NCBI RefSeq assembly: GCF_009834535.1 | Contig: NW_022589675.1 | Coordinates: 62,001-126,000 of the forward strand | From: Camelus ferus | Lineage: Eukaryota | Length of the DNA stretch: 64,000 nt | Direction: 5' to 3' | Part shown: piece after piece, positions 49,105 to 62,477 of the stretch | Numbering within the stretch: the stretch's first letter is position 1 | Layout of the letters: each line of letters begins with the position of its first letter | Program-made: the position numbers and the translations under genes | Notes under the pieces: generated by a model | The model's input: the letters and a program-made list of their open reading frames with translations, nothing else | What the model was told of the DNA's origin: nothing | Databases searched by the model: none

Positions 49105-49410
49105 ACCAGAATAGTCAGCACTATTTGTTAAAAGACTATCTCTTCCCTATCATATTATCTCTGCTCCTTTGTCAAAGATCTTTTGACCACACTTGAGTGG
49201 ATCAATTTCTGGGCTCCCTATTCTGTTTCATTAATCTACTTGTTTATTCTTTTACCAAACGCACACTGTCTGGATCACCACAGTTGAATGGTAAATGCTG
49301 AAGTCAGATAGTATCAATTTTGTTCTCCTTCAATATTGTATTGGCTATTCTGGGTATTTTGCCTTTCCAGATAAAATTTAGAATCAGTTTGTTGATACTG
49401 ACAATAACTG
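49105..49410 (-). mobile_element. L1 ORF2 fragment (antisense)
   Basis: cagcactatttgttaaaagactatctcttcc...ctcctttgtcaaagatc...ttggctattctggg...tttagaatcagtttg. Confidence 0.85.
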
Positions 49411-49785
49411 CTCTAAATGTTTGTTTTTTTTTTTTTAAGAAAAATCTGGTGGCATTAAAGCTCTCTCAAAAGATGCCTGATTCTCATCAGAAACTAGGCA
49501 ACTTGCTTTACCCCAGTAACTTTGTCCTCCCAATTTAGGTACAATCCAAAGGGGGAAGGAGCAATGAAAATCCTTTGCTTTTGGTTGAATTTACCTTGAG
49601 TTGAAAAAGTAAATTTAGAATAGTGAGAGTTCACCCCCAAATTGGAAAATTATTATTATTTTTTTTTTACTTTTGGGCAAAATCTGGCTATTACAGAATA
49701 AATTCAGTTGCAGAAATCTGTGCATTGAGAAAATTTATACTTGTCACATTCATTTACAGATAATAAAAGTAAAAAGGCCACTAAC

Positions 49786-49927
49786 CTTAAGCTGAAGTTG
49801 CCCACTTTGGGGAAGCCTTTCAAATAAATAGTAAATCTTCTCCCTGGGTGTGTCTTCATCCATGGCTGAAAGAACAGCGCTAGAAATAATACGAGTTTCG
49901 CCTCTGTTCACTGTAATTTCAGCCTTC
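49786..49927 (-). CDS. FREM1: FREM1 coding exon (~exon 22), 142 bp
   Basis: ttttacag|G AAG GCT GAA...CAG CTT AAG|gttagt; [47 protein letters not shown]; phase 2 to 0. Confidence 0.95.
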
Positions 49928-51127
49928 CTGTAAAAAAGGAAGATGTCTGGTTTGATACAATAAAGCCATGTCTTTAGCAGGGGACAGCCATAATAACTAT
50001 TACGGTGCTCAACCTTCAAAAACTAGGGAATGATATTCAATATCGAAAGTACTGAAAATGATGAGTCAGGCTCGTGAAATAAGCTCTCATTTCACCCTCC
50101 GTTAAAGTCCTAAACAGAATTAGCAACAATGAGTGTGAAATGAAGTAATTACATACTTCTAATTGTTTACGGGGACAGGACATTACAATTTTATGTCCTA
50201 ATTTATTTTATACACTGACTTTGTGTCCAATATTTTATTTGACACAGCAACAGCACCGTGAAGGCAGCCAGCGAGGTGTCATTGTTCTCATATTACAGAC
50301 AGAAATTGAAAGAGATGAAGTGACTTATTCCCAGGTGTGCTGGTACCTTCATGATAGACCATGAAGAGTTTGGTGCTATTCGGGTAATCTGGAGCCCTCC
50401 GCATCACTCTCCCTCTCCCTGGTAACGTTCTGGGGAGCTAGTGTTCCCTTCACAGCAATTCTTCTTTTCCAAGGGCTCCAGCTGCCAAGCCCGCTCCATC
50501 GTGAAGCGAAGGCTGGGACAGCGAGCAACCGCTCCTCCTACCACAGACACTCCTGCTGTGGTTTTCACGTGTCGCATCAAGGGCTGCTGCTTTCACAGCC
50601 AGAGTGGTCATTTCCCCTGGTCTCACCGAAGTGAGGAAGGGATTTCTTTCCACCTGTGTTTCTAGCTCGCAGTTTTGGTCATCACACGTAGCCTGACTCT
50701 GTCTAACTTAACACCTTGTTTCTGAGAAGAGCTGGCAAGTGTCCTGGGGATTCAGATCGAGGACATCTGAGTAGCATCAGCTGGCATTCTCAACAGCCTT
50801 GCACCCCCCTGCTGAGAAGCCCACGCCTGAACACCTCAGTCTCTAACCTCTCTTCCTAGGCTTGTCTTGTGTACTTAGAACTGGCACCTTCCCCAGCAGT
50901 AAGAGGTGATTTCTGCCCCCCTTTTTACCGGCAAATAATAATCCCATCATTCTGGAAGGCTAATGAAATCACTTACTTTGGGACTCATGGAGATTAGTGG
51001 TGTTTTTAATAGAAACAGATGAATTGAAACAGGGAGCCAATATAATAAGGATGATACGGAGTCTGGTAGAAAGAATCAGAATTAAATGCCAGAGAATCCA
51101 AGAGAGAACAAAATATGTCACAGTCTG

Positions 51128-51420
51128 AGTTACTTTGAAAGGGACCCTGGGACAGGACTTTGGTGGAGGTAATTTATCTGGGAAGTGATCTCAGGAACAG
51201 GCGAGAAGAGAAGAGCAAGAGAGGGAAGGAGGAAAGGGCAACACGGTGCTTCTACTGCCATGGGGCTCAATCCCCTGGGGATCCTTTGAAGAGCCACGTA
51301 GAACATGCCTCTCATTGTGCTTCTGAAGGACGGGAGGCTGGGACACTCACCTAGCAGCTCTCACAGTTTGAGAGCTGCCCTCCGAGTGTTTTCACTGCGC
51401 CTGCACATGGGTTGAATGAG
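51128..51420. mobile_element. Old MaLR LTR (MLT1J/K-like) remnant
   Basis: gaggtaatttatctgggaagtgatctcaggaa...gggctcaatcccctgggga...gggaggctgggaca. Confidence 0.6.
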
Positions 51421-51829
51421 CCACTGCTGCTTCAGAGAAAGCCCAGAGGCAGAAAAGCAGAGCACGATGTGAATTTAGGTGCAGCACTGACAGCATGCAG
51501 GGTAGGTTCCAACACAACCGCAACGAGAATCAGAGGTGAGATAAGGGGATGTAACCCCAGGAGCCAAAAAGCAGCTATTACAGCATCTAAAAGGAATATC
51601 AAAGAAATGGCGGCAAATGCTCTAACAAGGTCCAGCAAGATGAGAAGATCCATTAGATTTGTTGAGAAAGCCAAGGGGAACTCTTAAGGGAGGTTGGAGA
51701 CGGTGGGTAGGAATGGAGGAAACAAGCACAACTGTCCCTCCAAATCGTCTGGCACTGAAATGAATGAGGGACGGGTCATGGTGGTAGTTTTAGAATGAGG
51801 ATACCTGTTTGCAATGGTGATAATCACTA

Positions 51830-52060
51830 ACACTTGGGAGAACTTACTGTGGACCAGCCAGTCTTTCAAGTACTTTTACATAATTTAATTCATTTAATCC
51901 TTTCAACAACCATATGAAGGGGAAACTGCTATGATCCCCATTTACAAACAGGTTGACAAAGAGGAAGAGAGAGGTTAAGTAGCAGGTTCAAGGTCACACC
52001 ACTGGTAAGTAGCTGAACCAAGGCAGTCTGGCTCCAGAATTTGCTCTCTTAACCATTAAC
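51830..52060 (-). mobile_element. MIR
   Basis: tttaattcatttaatcctttcaacaaccatatgaagg...atccccatttacaaac...gaggttaagtagc...caaggtcacacc. Confidence 0.8.
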
Positions 52061-53686
52061 CCATGTCTTGTTAGCAGAAGGAATGAGAAGGGAGAGATTG
52101 AAGATGCAGCAGGGAAGAAATAATGGAGCATGCTCTGGGAGAAGGCAAGAGGTGAGAGACTCAAGGATACACATGGAAGGGAAAAGAAGAGAAAGAAAAA
52201 AGAAAAGAAAGAAGGAGGAGGGATTTTTGAAGCAGGGTTGAAGGAGATTTGGTGATTCTGTAGGTGAAGATGTCCCAGGAAGTTTAATAGCAAGAACATA
52301 GCAAGAAATAATAAGTCACACAGAGTTGAATGCGTAGCTTGTTAAGTTATTTTACCTTTCTGATTCGAGTTTTCTCAGTGAGGATAATAATACCTATTTA
52401 CACAATTTTGGTGGGGATTTAAGAAATAAATATATGTGACAGGCTCTGATACAGAGTCTGTCACATGGTAAGGGCTTCATAAACACCCAGTTTTCACCTC
52501 TCTCCCTCCCTCTTAGATAAAGTGAGGTCATCAGGAAGGAGGTTCCACACCACAAGAGCCTTCATCTTTTCATTTTTATAATCGAGATAATACTAATCCA
52601 ACATTCCAGCTGGAGAACAGGAAACAGACGTTTCTGTTGAATACCCTCAGTCAAACTGACGTCTCAGATGCAACCCTCCAAAAACTCCCTCCAGTATTTC
52701 CCATAATGCTTTCCAAGGGCCTTACTCGTGGTCCACAGGGAATAGCAGAGGAATCGACAGAAAAAATGAAGGGACTTCTTTGAGGTCCTCCTTTCTGCAA
52801 CGTCGGGGAGACTTTGGAAGTTTACACACTTGCAGGAAGTTGTTCACTTTCTGATAAGAACTCGGGCTGTCTACTCAGTGCCTCTCACTGCTGCACCACT
52901 GAGGTGGTCAAAGAGGTGCCAAGAAGCAGACATTTCTCTCCATACAAAACCTGAAGAGTTGGGCTTCCTAAAGTTCTAAGCTGGAACAGCTCTGTACAGA
53001 ATCTAATAATAAGAGAAATGGTTGGAGCTATAGAAATACAAGGGATGAAGACTCTGTACCCTCTGATCAAAGTCTGATCAGTTACAGAGGAGATATTGAC
53101 AAAGTCTGCAACTAATAATATCAGTATTGAATTTTTAAAAAGTGATCATCTTGACCCCAGGTGGCAAGGGATCACCTATGATCCATATGGAACATAGTAG
53201 AGAACTGGTGGACAATGGAATACCGAGATGACGAAAGAAGCAACACTGACATATTTCCCTCAGCCACACTTAATTAGAAGTTTGACCAAACCCACAGTGA
53301 GGGCTGCCTGAAGTTACTACTATCACACTTTGGTTCAATCTATATATTAATTACACTCTGGTGTGTGCACGTGCGCACACACATGTGTTTCAATATTTAG
53401 TACACTCTTCATTTCATATTGTATGTTCAGTCACTTTGAATTATTTACAAGTAAATACAATTTTTAGAAGAAAATCAAATAATAAAAAGGCTAATTTGAG
53501 AATTATTAAGGAGGGGTAACATTAACATTTTCACTGAAGGTTCCAGGTGCCTGAGTAGGTGGGGCAAGTTGTGACAGGCAGGAACTGTCAAAGACTTGTT
53601 TCACACACATCACATTTGCACCTAGTCTTCCAGACCTCGGAATTTTATAAAGAATCCAAAAGGGAAACTCTTTTCAGGTAGCCTAC

Positions 53687-53831
53687 CTGCGCAGCATTGG
53701 TTTCTCATCATTAACTGGGGTGACCTCTACAGAAATGGTTTTAAGTATCCTATGTTTCCCATCTGACAGCTGGATTGTAAAGTCGTCAGTGAGACTCTCT
53801 GAGTCGTCATGCACATACACCAACCTCATCC
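53687..53831 (-). CDS. FREM1: FREM1 coding exon (~exon 21), 145 bp
   Basis: cttccag|GG ATG AGG TTG...CCA ATG CTG CGC AG|gtaggc; [48 protein letters not shown]; phase 1 to 2. Not in the ORF track; translated by hand. Confidence 0.95.
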
Positions 53832-54094
53832 CTGGAAGAAGGGAAAAAAGAGAGAAAGTCAATCTTATGGTTGAACCATTTCAAAGTATGTCACATAAAA
53901 TTTGTTTCAATTTCCAAGGCATTGGTATCATCAGGAGCTCATTAATCAGTGCAATAAGGTAAAATTGAACTGTTTTCTGAAGTAAGAGTGCCCTCTTAGT
54001 TCATTAAAAATTCCTATTTAAATATGTTAGTCATTTACAAGGGACTTATTTAAAATTAGTGAGAAAAGGAAATATTATTTTACAAACTACATGA

Positions 54095-56600
54095 AGACTA
54101 TGGTGTCAGGGTGTTTAAAAGAATTAGAAAATTAGTTCCTTACTTAGGAAAAATTATAGTTTGATCTCTACCTCAAGTCAATATTCAAAATTAATTCTAG
54201 ATGAATGAAAACTTAAATGTAAACTATTTTTAAAACCTATATAGCATTCATGTGGAAACGTAAGAGACCCAGAATAGCTAGAACAGTCTCAGAAAAGAAG
54301 AGCAAAGTTGGAGGACTCACATTTCCCATTTTCAGTACTGCAAAGCTACAGGAATCAAGACAGTATAGTACTGGCAGAGAATAGAGATAGATTAACCTAA
54401 CAGAAGAGAGTCCAGAAATAAACTCACACATTTATGATCAACTGATTTTCATCAAGGGCACCGAGACCATTCAATGGGGNNNNNNNNNNNNNNNNNNNNN
54501 NNNNNNNNNNNNNNNNNNNNNNNNNNNNNNNNNNNNNNNNNNNNNNNNNNNNNNNNNNNNNNNNNNNNNNNNNNNNNNNNNNNNNNNNNNNNNNNNNNNN
54601 NNNNNNNNNNNNNNNNNNNNNNNNNNAGAAAAATTGTTAGAAGAAAATATTTGTGACTTTGGGTTGGGTAATGATTTCTCAGATAAAACACCAAAAGCAC
54701 AAGTCACCAAAATAAAGTAAAACAACAACAACAACAACACAGATAATTTGGACTCCAAAATGATACCACTGAAGGAGAAAAAGATGACAACCCACAGAAC
54801 TGGAGAAAATATTTAGAAATCATGTATCTGATAATGAAGGGTCTAGCATCCAGAACGTATTAAGAACTCTAACAACTCAGTAACAAAAGACAATCCAGTT
54901 ACAAAATGAGCAAAGGACCTAAATAGATATCTTTTCTAACGAATATNNNNNNNNNNNNNNNNNNNNNNNNNNNNNNNNNNNNNNNNNNNNNNNNNNNNNN
55001 NNNNNNNNNNNNNNNNNNNNNNNNNNNNNNNNNNNNNNNNNNNNNNNNNNNNNNNNNNNNNNNNNNNNNNNNNNNNNNNNNNNNNNNNNNNNNNNNNNNN
55101 NNNNNNNNNNNNNNNNNNNNNNNNNNNNNNNNNNNNNNNNNNNNNNNNNNNNNNNNNNNNNNNNNNNNNNNNNNNNNNNNNNNNNNNNNNNNNNNNNNNN
55201 NNNNNNNNNNNNNNNNNNNNNNNNNNNNNNNNNNNNNNNNNNNNNNNNNNNNNNNNNNNNNNNNNNNNNNNNNNNNNNNNNNNNNNNNNNNNNNNNNNNN
55301 NNNNNNNNNNNNNNNNNNNNNNNNNNNNNNNNNNNNNNNNNNNNNNNNNNNNNNNNNNNNNNNNNNNNNNNNNNNNNNNNTGTTCCAAAATGGAATATTA
55401 TTTGGCAATAAAAAAGAATGGAGTGTCAACTCATGTTACAATATGGATGCATCTTGAAAACATTATGCTAAACACAAGAAACCAGTTTAAAAAGATCACC
55501 TATTCCATTTATATGATTTTACTTATATGAAATGTTCAGAAAAAAATCTATAGAGACAAAAAGTAGGTTAGTGGTTGCCAGGGTTTTTGGGGAGAAAGGG
55601 TAAGAGTGACTGCTAATGGGTGTGATATTACTTTTTTGGGGTAATGAAAATGTTCTAAAATTGATCGTAATGATGAATACACTAAAAACCACTGAACTGA
55701 ATACTTTAAATTGGTGAATGTTATGGCACATGAATTGTATCTCAATAAAGCTGTTACAAAAGAGTTGGAAGAAAACACAAGTAAATATCTTATTCCTAGA
55801 TGTAGAAGGTCTTCCTAACACAAAAACAAAAGAAAAATGCATAAAGAAAAATAAATAAATTTTACTACTTACAATTTTGATTTCTGTATTTAAAAACATG
55901 AATTAAAAGGCAGATAAAAATGGAAAAACTTATTTGCAACATGTGACAAAAATATAAAACATCAATGAACCTCTATTAATCAATATGAATCGATGAAAAA
56001 TGGGCAAAGGACATAATCAAGCAATTGACAAAATATGGTCAAAAAACATGAAAATATGTTCAATCTCACTCATAATCTAAGAATTTCAAATCAAGATAAC
56101 AACGAGAGACTATTAACTGACTACCAAATTTGCAAAGGTTTTTAAAAATAATATCCATTATTGATTAGGAAAATAGGCATGTCCAACCACATGGCGGCAA
56201 TGACAGTTTTTTCCCCAAAAGTATAATACTCATTCACTTTTTTATAACATGCATTTTCTTTATAAAAATTTATATGAAAGAAATATGAGATGGGCACCAA
56301 GATTTATGTTACACAAATATATGTAAAATATGTTTAGTGATATGCAATTTTTAATATCAATATATGAAAAGCTATCTGCATATTTAAAAATGGGAGATAG
56401 TTGTATAAAATTACATTATGTCCATGTCATGAAACACTAATACTATAAATCATGTTCTCAATTAATATTTTAAAAGTAAAAAGATGCTTATAATAAGTGA
56501 TAAGAAAAAAACAAATTATATAATACAGTAGCAGTTTTTAATTTCTGTATGATGGGGCAGGAGTGAGAATATACTAAAGCTCAAAAAAAAAAAAAGTAGC
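54095..56600 (+). mobile_element. L1 (L1MB/MC-like) ORF2 and 3'UTR fragments, partly N-masked
   Basis: cccagaatagctagaacagtc...aagagcaaagttggaggactcac, tctatagagacaaaaagtaggttagtggttgccaggg, tgtatctcaataaagctgtt. Confidence 0.88.
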
Positions 56601-57069
56601 CATAAATGAACCAAAAACAAAATAGAGGAAAAATCCTTTCTTTGAGAATGTCACCGAAATATAATTTAGATGAAAATTTAAATTTTTTTCTTCAAAATGA
56701 TTGTGTAGTGCAAACTTCACACAGTATGCATATAATATTTATTTAACCTCAAAATAACCAATAAATGTTATTTTTTAAAAACTGACTTTTTTGAGAGTAA
56801 GATTTGAATTATTCTTTCATTTTCCTTTGTCCTGAATTTGAAAAAAAATAGTGTATTAATATAGTGTATTATTTGCTACACGTGGTTATTTGTTTGGTGA
56901 TATCATCATTTTTGCTCCAGGAATTTTTTCTTGGCAAGTGAGAAATACATGAATTAGCTTTTCCAATTCAAACGTGAGATGATATTGTACAACTATTGCA
57001 AAATAAACTTTGAGGCAGAGAGCTCACATTCTAGTTGGGGAAAGGAGAAATCAAAAGACAGTAGGGAAA

Positions 57070-57157
57070 CAATGTATCAATTTCTGGTGTACAGCACAAT
57101 GTCCCAGTCATGCATATGACTATACTTCCATTAAAAATAAAAAATTGATTAAAAAAA
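57070..57157 (+). mobile_element. Miniature (~90 bp) 5'-inverted camelid L1 tip with TSD
   Basis: 57070-57116 inverted, 57117-57157 forward with A tail. TSD aaaagacagtag(g/a)gaaa at 57053-57069 and 57158-57174. Confidence 0.8.
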
Positions 57158-57404
57158 AAAAGACAGTAGAGAAAATGTGGAAGAAGAGCTAGATGCAGCA
57201 GGCAGAGGGTGGGTTTGGAATGTGTGGGTGAGATCCTCGGAGCGGTCCACAGAGACTGGGTTCTGAAGGCTGGTATTGGCTGGCCCAATGGAGGAGGGGG
57301 TAGGACCCCTCAGATGGGGGAAACAGACTACATGAAGGCAGGGCAGGAAGGAGAGTGAGAATAGGCAGTGATGCTAGAACCAACACATTTTTCTCAAATA
57401 TCTA

Positions 57405-57500
57405 AAAGCATATATATATATTAAAAAAGATTTTATATATATATACTTATATATATATATACTTATATATATATATATATATAAATATATTAAAAAACAT
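57405..57500. repeat. (TA)n-rich simple repeat
   Basis: tatatatatatacttatatatatatatacttatatatatatatat... Confidence 0.9.
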
Positions 57501-57972
57501 ATATTCATGTATATATGTTAAATGGGTAAGATCGATTTTTCAAAAAGAGTAATTAAACAATTCAGGCTACTATTCCAATGTATCATTTCCTTAAAGAGCA
57601 AATTATCTCCTCAAGAAATCATGAATTATTATATGTAGTTCTATACTTGTTTCAAATGTGGTAGTTTTGGCAGACAAATCTCTTCAAATTTAGCTACATG
57701 ATCTCAATAGTTTTAAAAAGGAATTTATTATTATGCCACTAAAAGCTTCAGGTAGAATACTCCAAATCACAAATATCATTTTTATTGACGCTCTAAAAGT
57801 GAAACAAAGCATATTTCCTTTTCAACTACCCACTATTTCTAGCCAAGTTTTTTATGCCCGGTGTTAATCCAGAGCCCAGAGAAAACCCTTCAGAGATAAA
57901 TAAAGTAGGTGATCGCTCTTTCTTCACTTCTTATTTCTGTGATTTATTATTATCTTTTCTGGGTTAAATTAT

Positions 57973-58072
57973 TTTTTTTAGTTATTACTTTTTTAATGAG
58001 GTGCTGGGGATTGAACCCAGGACCTTGTGCATTCTAAGCACATGCTCTACCACTGAGCTACACCCACTCACC
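57973..58072 (-). mobile_element. Camelid tRNA-derived SINE with 15-bp TSD
   Basis: gtgctggggattgaacccaggacc...ctaccactgagctacaccc. TSD ctgggttaaattatt at 57958-57972 and 58073-58087. Confidence 0.9.
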
Positions 58073-58125
58073 CTGGGTTAAATTATTAAATCAACAATAA
58101 CAAACTGAAAGGAAACAGGATATAC

Positions 58126-58348
58126 CATTCTTGAGAAGTTCCATGGAAAAGTTGTAAACAAGTTGATGCTTCTGACCAGGGTTGGCTGGCTGCTTATACT
58201 GAGGGAAGTCTTTGCTGAAGCCCCCACTGATGAGGAGGCCATGACGTGGTCTCTGAGTGATGCTGAATAGCAAGGGGTCCTGGGGAGTGTCCAGGTCAGC
58301 AGCACTGATGATGGAAGAATCCAGCTCTCTCATCTGACCCTCACGTAC
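58126..58348 (-). CDS. FREM1: FREM1 coding exon (~exon 20), 223 bp, CSPG repeat
   Basis: tgtttag|GTA CGT GAG GGT CAG ATG...AAG AAT G|gtatat; [37 protein letters not shown]...MELLKN; phase 0 to 1. Confidence 0.95.
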
Positions 58349-58619
58349 CTAAACAAAACAGGTCAGAAAAGTCAGCTGCGTGCGAAGTAAGACCTGTCTT
58401 TCTTTTGGCAAGTTTCTCAAAAAATAATTTTAAGATATCCTATAATAATTTTAATATATCCTTGCAGATTTTCTAGGAGATCTGTGTGTAATGAGTCCTG
58501 AAAAGAAATTGCTGGTTTAACACGACCTTAGAAGACGAGAACAAATTTATTCATCTTTCTCAAATTTTTCTCCTAACGATTTCAAAGCACTTCATTCATT
58601 TCCATGAAGGACTAAGGAG

Positions 58620-58621
<2 letters not shown>

Positions 58622-58656
<35 letters not shown>

Positions 58657-58716
58657 TACACACACATACATACACACACATACATATATACATACATAGA
58701 CATATACATACATACA
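58622..58716. repeat. Compound (CA)n/(CATA)n microsatellite
   Basis: About 15 CA units followed by degenerate CATA units. Confidence 0.95.
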
Positions 58717-60659
58717 ATCTCATAACTATATTTCATAATTCAAAAATTGGGATCAAAAGTGACCAAAGGGATGCTTGCTTTCTGGAAGGCACACTACATC
58801 CAGTTGTAAAACTGGATGTAGATCCTACCTTCAGATCCTACTCTAATTTTAACTATCTGAACCATGTTGCTTTCACAATTCTTATGTTTCTATTGCAGAA
58901 ATGACACAAATATCTGCTATACACACTAACACTATTATGCATTTTTAATTTTTGTCATTGTATTAAAAATTTCTGTATTTCAATTACAATCAACAATTGA
59001 GAGGATGCTTCTGGATGCACAACAGTGTATACTTTAACTTTGGTTCCCTCGTCTCTTCCCAATCCTCACACCTCTAATTTTCCTGAATGACCCTGTACCC
59101 CACTTCAGGTTTCAAAATCCTTTCAGCACAAAGAGAACTGAATGCTTTTCATTTCATGTAGGATCTAAAATTATTTAGAACTATCAGTACCAGTGACGTG
59201 GTACTTAGTCATCTTTATCTTCTTTTTCTCATAGCAAGGGAACAAAGAAATATTTCTGTTTCCTATTTTGAAATATAGCCAGATCTAAATGAGCGTATAA
59301 ATTTGACACATGCTTATTGGGTAACTGCAGCGTCACTGTACGCTGTGTGCCACAGTTGGAAGATCTAAAGAATCAAAGTCATATGAGACTGTGACAGCCT
59401 GTCCATCGATAATCATGGTGCAAGGAAAAAGTATCTAGTTCTGCTAAACATGGATAAAAAAGAAGTGCAAAGGGAAGGGCAGCCCTGGAATATTTTTTGT
59501 GGCTGAGTGGACACTTCGGCTTTGAAGAAGACATATGGTTTAGATTTATGAAAATGCCCTTTCTCTTTAGCTTCTCTTAAAGATTTTGAAGAGAGCTTAC
59601 CTGCAACCACCCTTCACTGAACTTGCATAAAGCAAAATCATAAAATCTGGTATTTAGGGCTAACATTATGCTGGTTTTCTTTTATCTGGCCCCATTTTTT
59701 AGAAACTAAGATGGTACCATAATTTAATGCACAATGATATACTTGCGAAATCATCTTTGATGGTAACCTGCCTTTTTCTCCAAAAACTTTAATCAAGCAA
59801 CCTAAAAAGATGTTCTAATTATCTTTCCTTATAAAGCTGGGACTCCTGGACTCACTGTATGGCAATCTTTCTCATTTACAAAATGGTAAATTCGTTCACA
59901 AGATGATGAATTTAATTGGAAAAAAATGTGGGCTGCTTTTTTGCACATTTAATTGTTTATTGAGATTATAAATAAAAGGTTTAGATCGATACACGCAAGA
60001 TGTAGGAACTCACTGGTAGACAGCTTTGAAATGGATTATAATAACTTAAACCAAAAGCTCAATTTTTTTTTCAAGTTGCAGCATAACTTGATGGAAGCCC
60101 AGCCATCTACAAAATAAATACACTTTTTCACAAGAAAGCAAAATAAATATGACTATTTTAAAAAATCACTTGAAGCTTAAAGCCAGCTCTGCCAATAACA
60201 CATGGGGCTCCATATTTGTTAGTCTTCAACAGCTCCTCTAAGGAATGCACAGGGAAAAAACAAAAAAAACAAAACACGATTACTTTCAGAGAAGAGCAAG
60301 AGACAAATTCCCAGTGGCCTAATTATTTCAGAAACCCCCACCCCAGACAAACACAAGACAATAGAGGTAGGTATGGAAGGAATCATCTGTAACGTTTTCT
60401 CTCCCTCATAATTACTGACGTGCTCTCCAGAGAAACCCATGTGCCCACAGAGGAGGAAAGGGAGGAGCTAGCTCTTCAATCCCATCCTGAGGTGGCTCTC
60501 ATATACCATTAAGACTCAGTGGAAAATCAGAGTCAAATAAAGACTTTTGCATTTAGGATTTGACAGTTTTTAATCAAAAACAAGGCAAGATAATGGTTTC
60601 AAAATAGACATTATTTGCTTTGGTCAATGTCTGAAAAAAAGATAACATAACAACGACAG

Positions 60660-60860
60660 TCATATGAAGGGCACCTATTTGCTAGGAGTTTTCTACGTGC
60701 CTGACCATCATGATCGTCACGGCTACCCCTGAAGGAAGATCTGATGCATATTTTGCAGATGAGGAAACAGAAACATAGAGAGAAACAGCTTACCCAGGAC
60801 CCTACAACTAGTAAACAGCAACACCACGTTCCTCTCACTCCAAAGCCCGAGCTTATTCAG
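60660..60860 (-). mobile_element. MIR
   Basis: atattttgcagatgaggaaacagaaacatagagagaaac...cttacccaggacc. Confidence 0.75.
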
Positions 60861-60989
60861 CTAGTAAGGATTTGCTACACACACGCCTGGATTAAATAAT
60901 TATATAAAAATTAGCATTGTTTAAAAAGGATTATATAGTGATATGAAAAGATTCACAATACACATAATTAAGTTTTTTTTAAGTAGAGA

Positions 60990-61175
60990 GTAGAAAACAA
61001 ACTTGTGGTTATCAGCAAGGGAAAGGGGGGGGGAGTTGGGATAAACTGGGAGTTCAGGATTTGCAGATACTAACTACCACACATAAAATAGATGAACAGC
61101 AAGGTCCTACTGTATAGCACAGGGAACTGTATTCAACACCTTGTAATAGCCTATAATGAAAAAGAAAATGAAAAG

Positions 61176-61232
<57 letters not shown>

Positions 61233-61280
61233 TGTATAACTAAATCACTATGCTGTGCCCCAGAAATTAACACATTATAA
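60990..61280 (+). mobile_element. Camelid L1 3'UTR fragment with expanded internal (TA)n
   Basis: agaaaacaaacttgtggttatc...caaggtcctactgtatagcacagggaac...(TA)n at ~61177-61228...tatacttcaataaaaaaa. Confidence 0.88.
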
Positions 61281-61774
61281 ACTATACTTCAATAAAAAAA
61301 TTTTTAAATTATAACAAACCACCAAAAAATAAATAAATAGAGAATACGGTATAATACGATTCCTGATTTGTAGGTTAAAAACACAGAAAGATCACACATA
61401 CACATAAACATCACTGGCATGTGCACAAATTATTTCTGTGGGAATTAATTACTAAAAACTGACGGGCAGTGACTACAGGTAGGGGCTGGTGAAAAGAGAG
61501 AATTTCCTATTTCACTGTGTACGTTTCTCAACATTCTAACTTGTTTAACCTTATATATTTACTATTATCCTTTAAAAGATAATATGTATTGTCCCAGAAG
61601 TGATATGCTGAGCCATTTTAACCATGTCTGAATTTTAAAATAAAACTAACAAAAATTATTAAATAACAGCATTTTAAAGCTGCATAAAAATATTGGTTCA
61701 GATTGTGTTCTTTTATTTCATATATCTTTATAAGTAGCTATATTAAAATGATGCCTGTAATTTGTGAATGAAGA

Positions 61775-62010
61775 GTCCTTGCTATTAGAGCACCAGTTAA
61801 GAAGATATGCTCTGAAATCAGACTGCCTGGGTGCAAATCCCCCATGGGCCGCTTAGTTCCAAGCTCTGTGATTTTGGGCCACTAACTTAACCTCTTATGC
61901 CTCATTTTTGCAGTTATTAAATGGCAATAATAATGCCCTCACCTTAAAAGCCTATTATGAGGATTCAATGTGAATATATGCAAAGGGTTTGGAATAGTAC
62001 CTACAACATA
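61775..62010 (+). mobile_element. MIR
   Basis: ctctgaaatcagactgcctgggtgcaaatcc...cttaacctcttatgcctcatttt...gaggattcaatg...catagtaagtactc. Confidence 0.8.
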
Positions 62011-62280
62011 GTAAGTACTCCATTATACACACACACACACACACACATATGCAATTATAATTGCAACTATGCAGTTGCTATGTGTTAGCAGTTATTATCA
62101 TTACCACCATCATTTTTACTAGAAAAATATTTTTCAAGTGATTGCACTGCATCACATAGGTCCTTACTCCTCATCAACGTAACGTGTTAAGTGCACCTAG
62201 AGTAATGTCAATGGGCTAGGTAAAAAATAAAACTTAGAAAATGATCAAAGAGAAATGGAAAATTCTGATATGCTTCTTAC

Positions 62281-62477
62281 AGTGATATTCTGCACTACGA
62301 AGTCAGGAGCTTCGTCATTTGTGGGGTTGATCGTGATGTAGAACGGTATTTCAGAGGAGCGCTGCTTCCCATCCGTGACGTAAACCGTGAACTGGTCGGC
62401 TGTTGGTTCCATCCTCAGATGCCTGGACTGCACATAGTTAATGTGCAAAGTCTTCATGTCTTTCCACTGAAACGAAG
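62281..62477 (-). CDS. FREM1: FREM1 coding exon (~exon 19), 197 bp, CSPG repeat
   Basis: ctccag|CT TCG TTT CAG TGG AAA GAC ATG...AAT ATC ACT|gtaaga; [37 protein letters not shown]...QNIT; phase 1 to 0. Confidence 0.95.
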
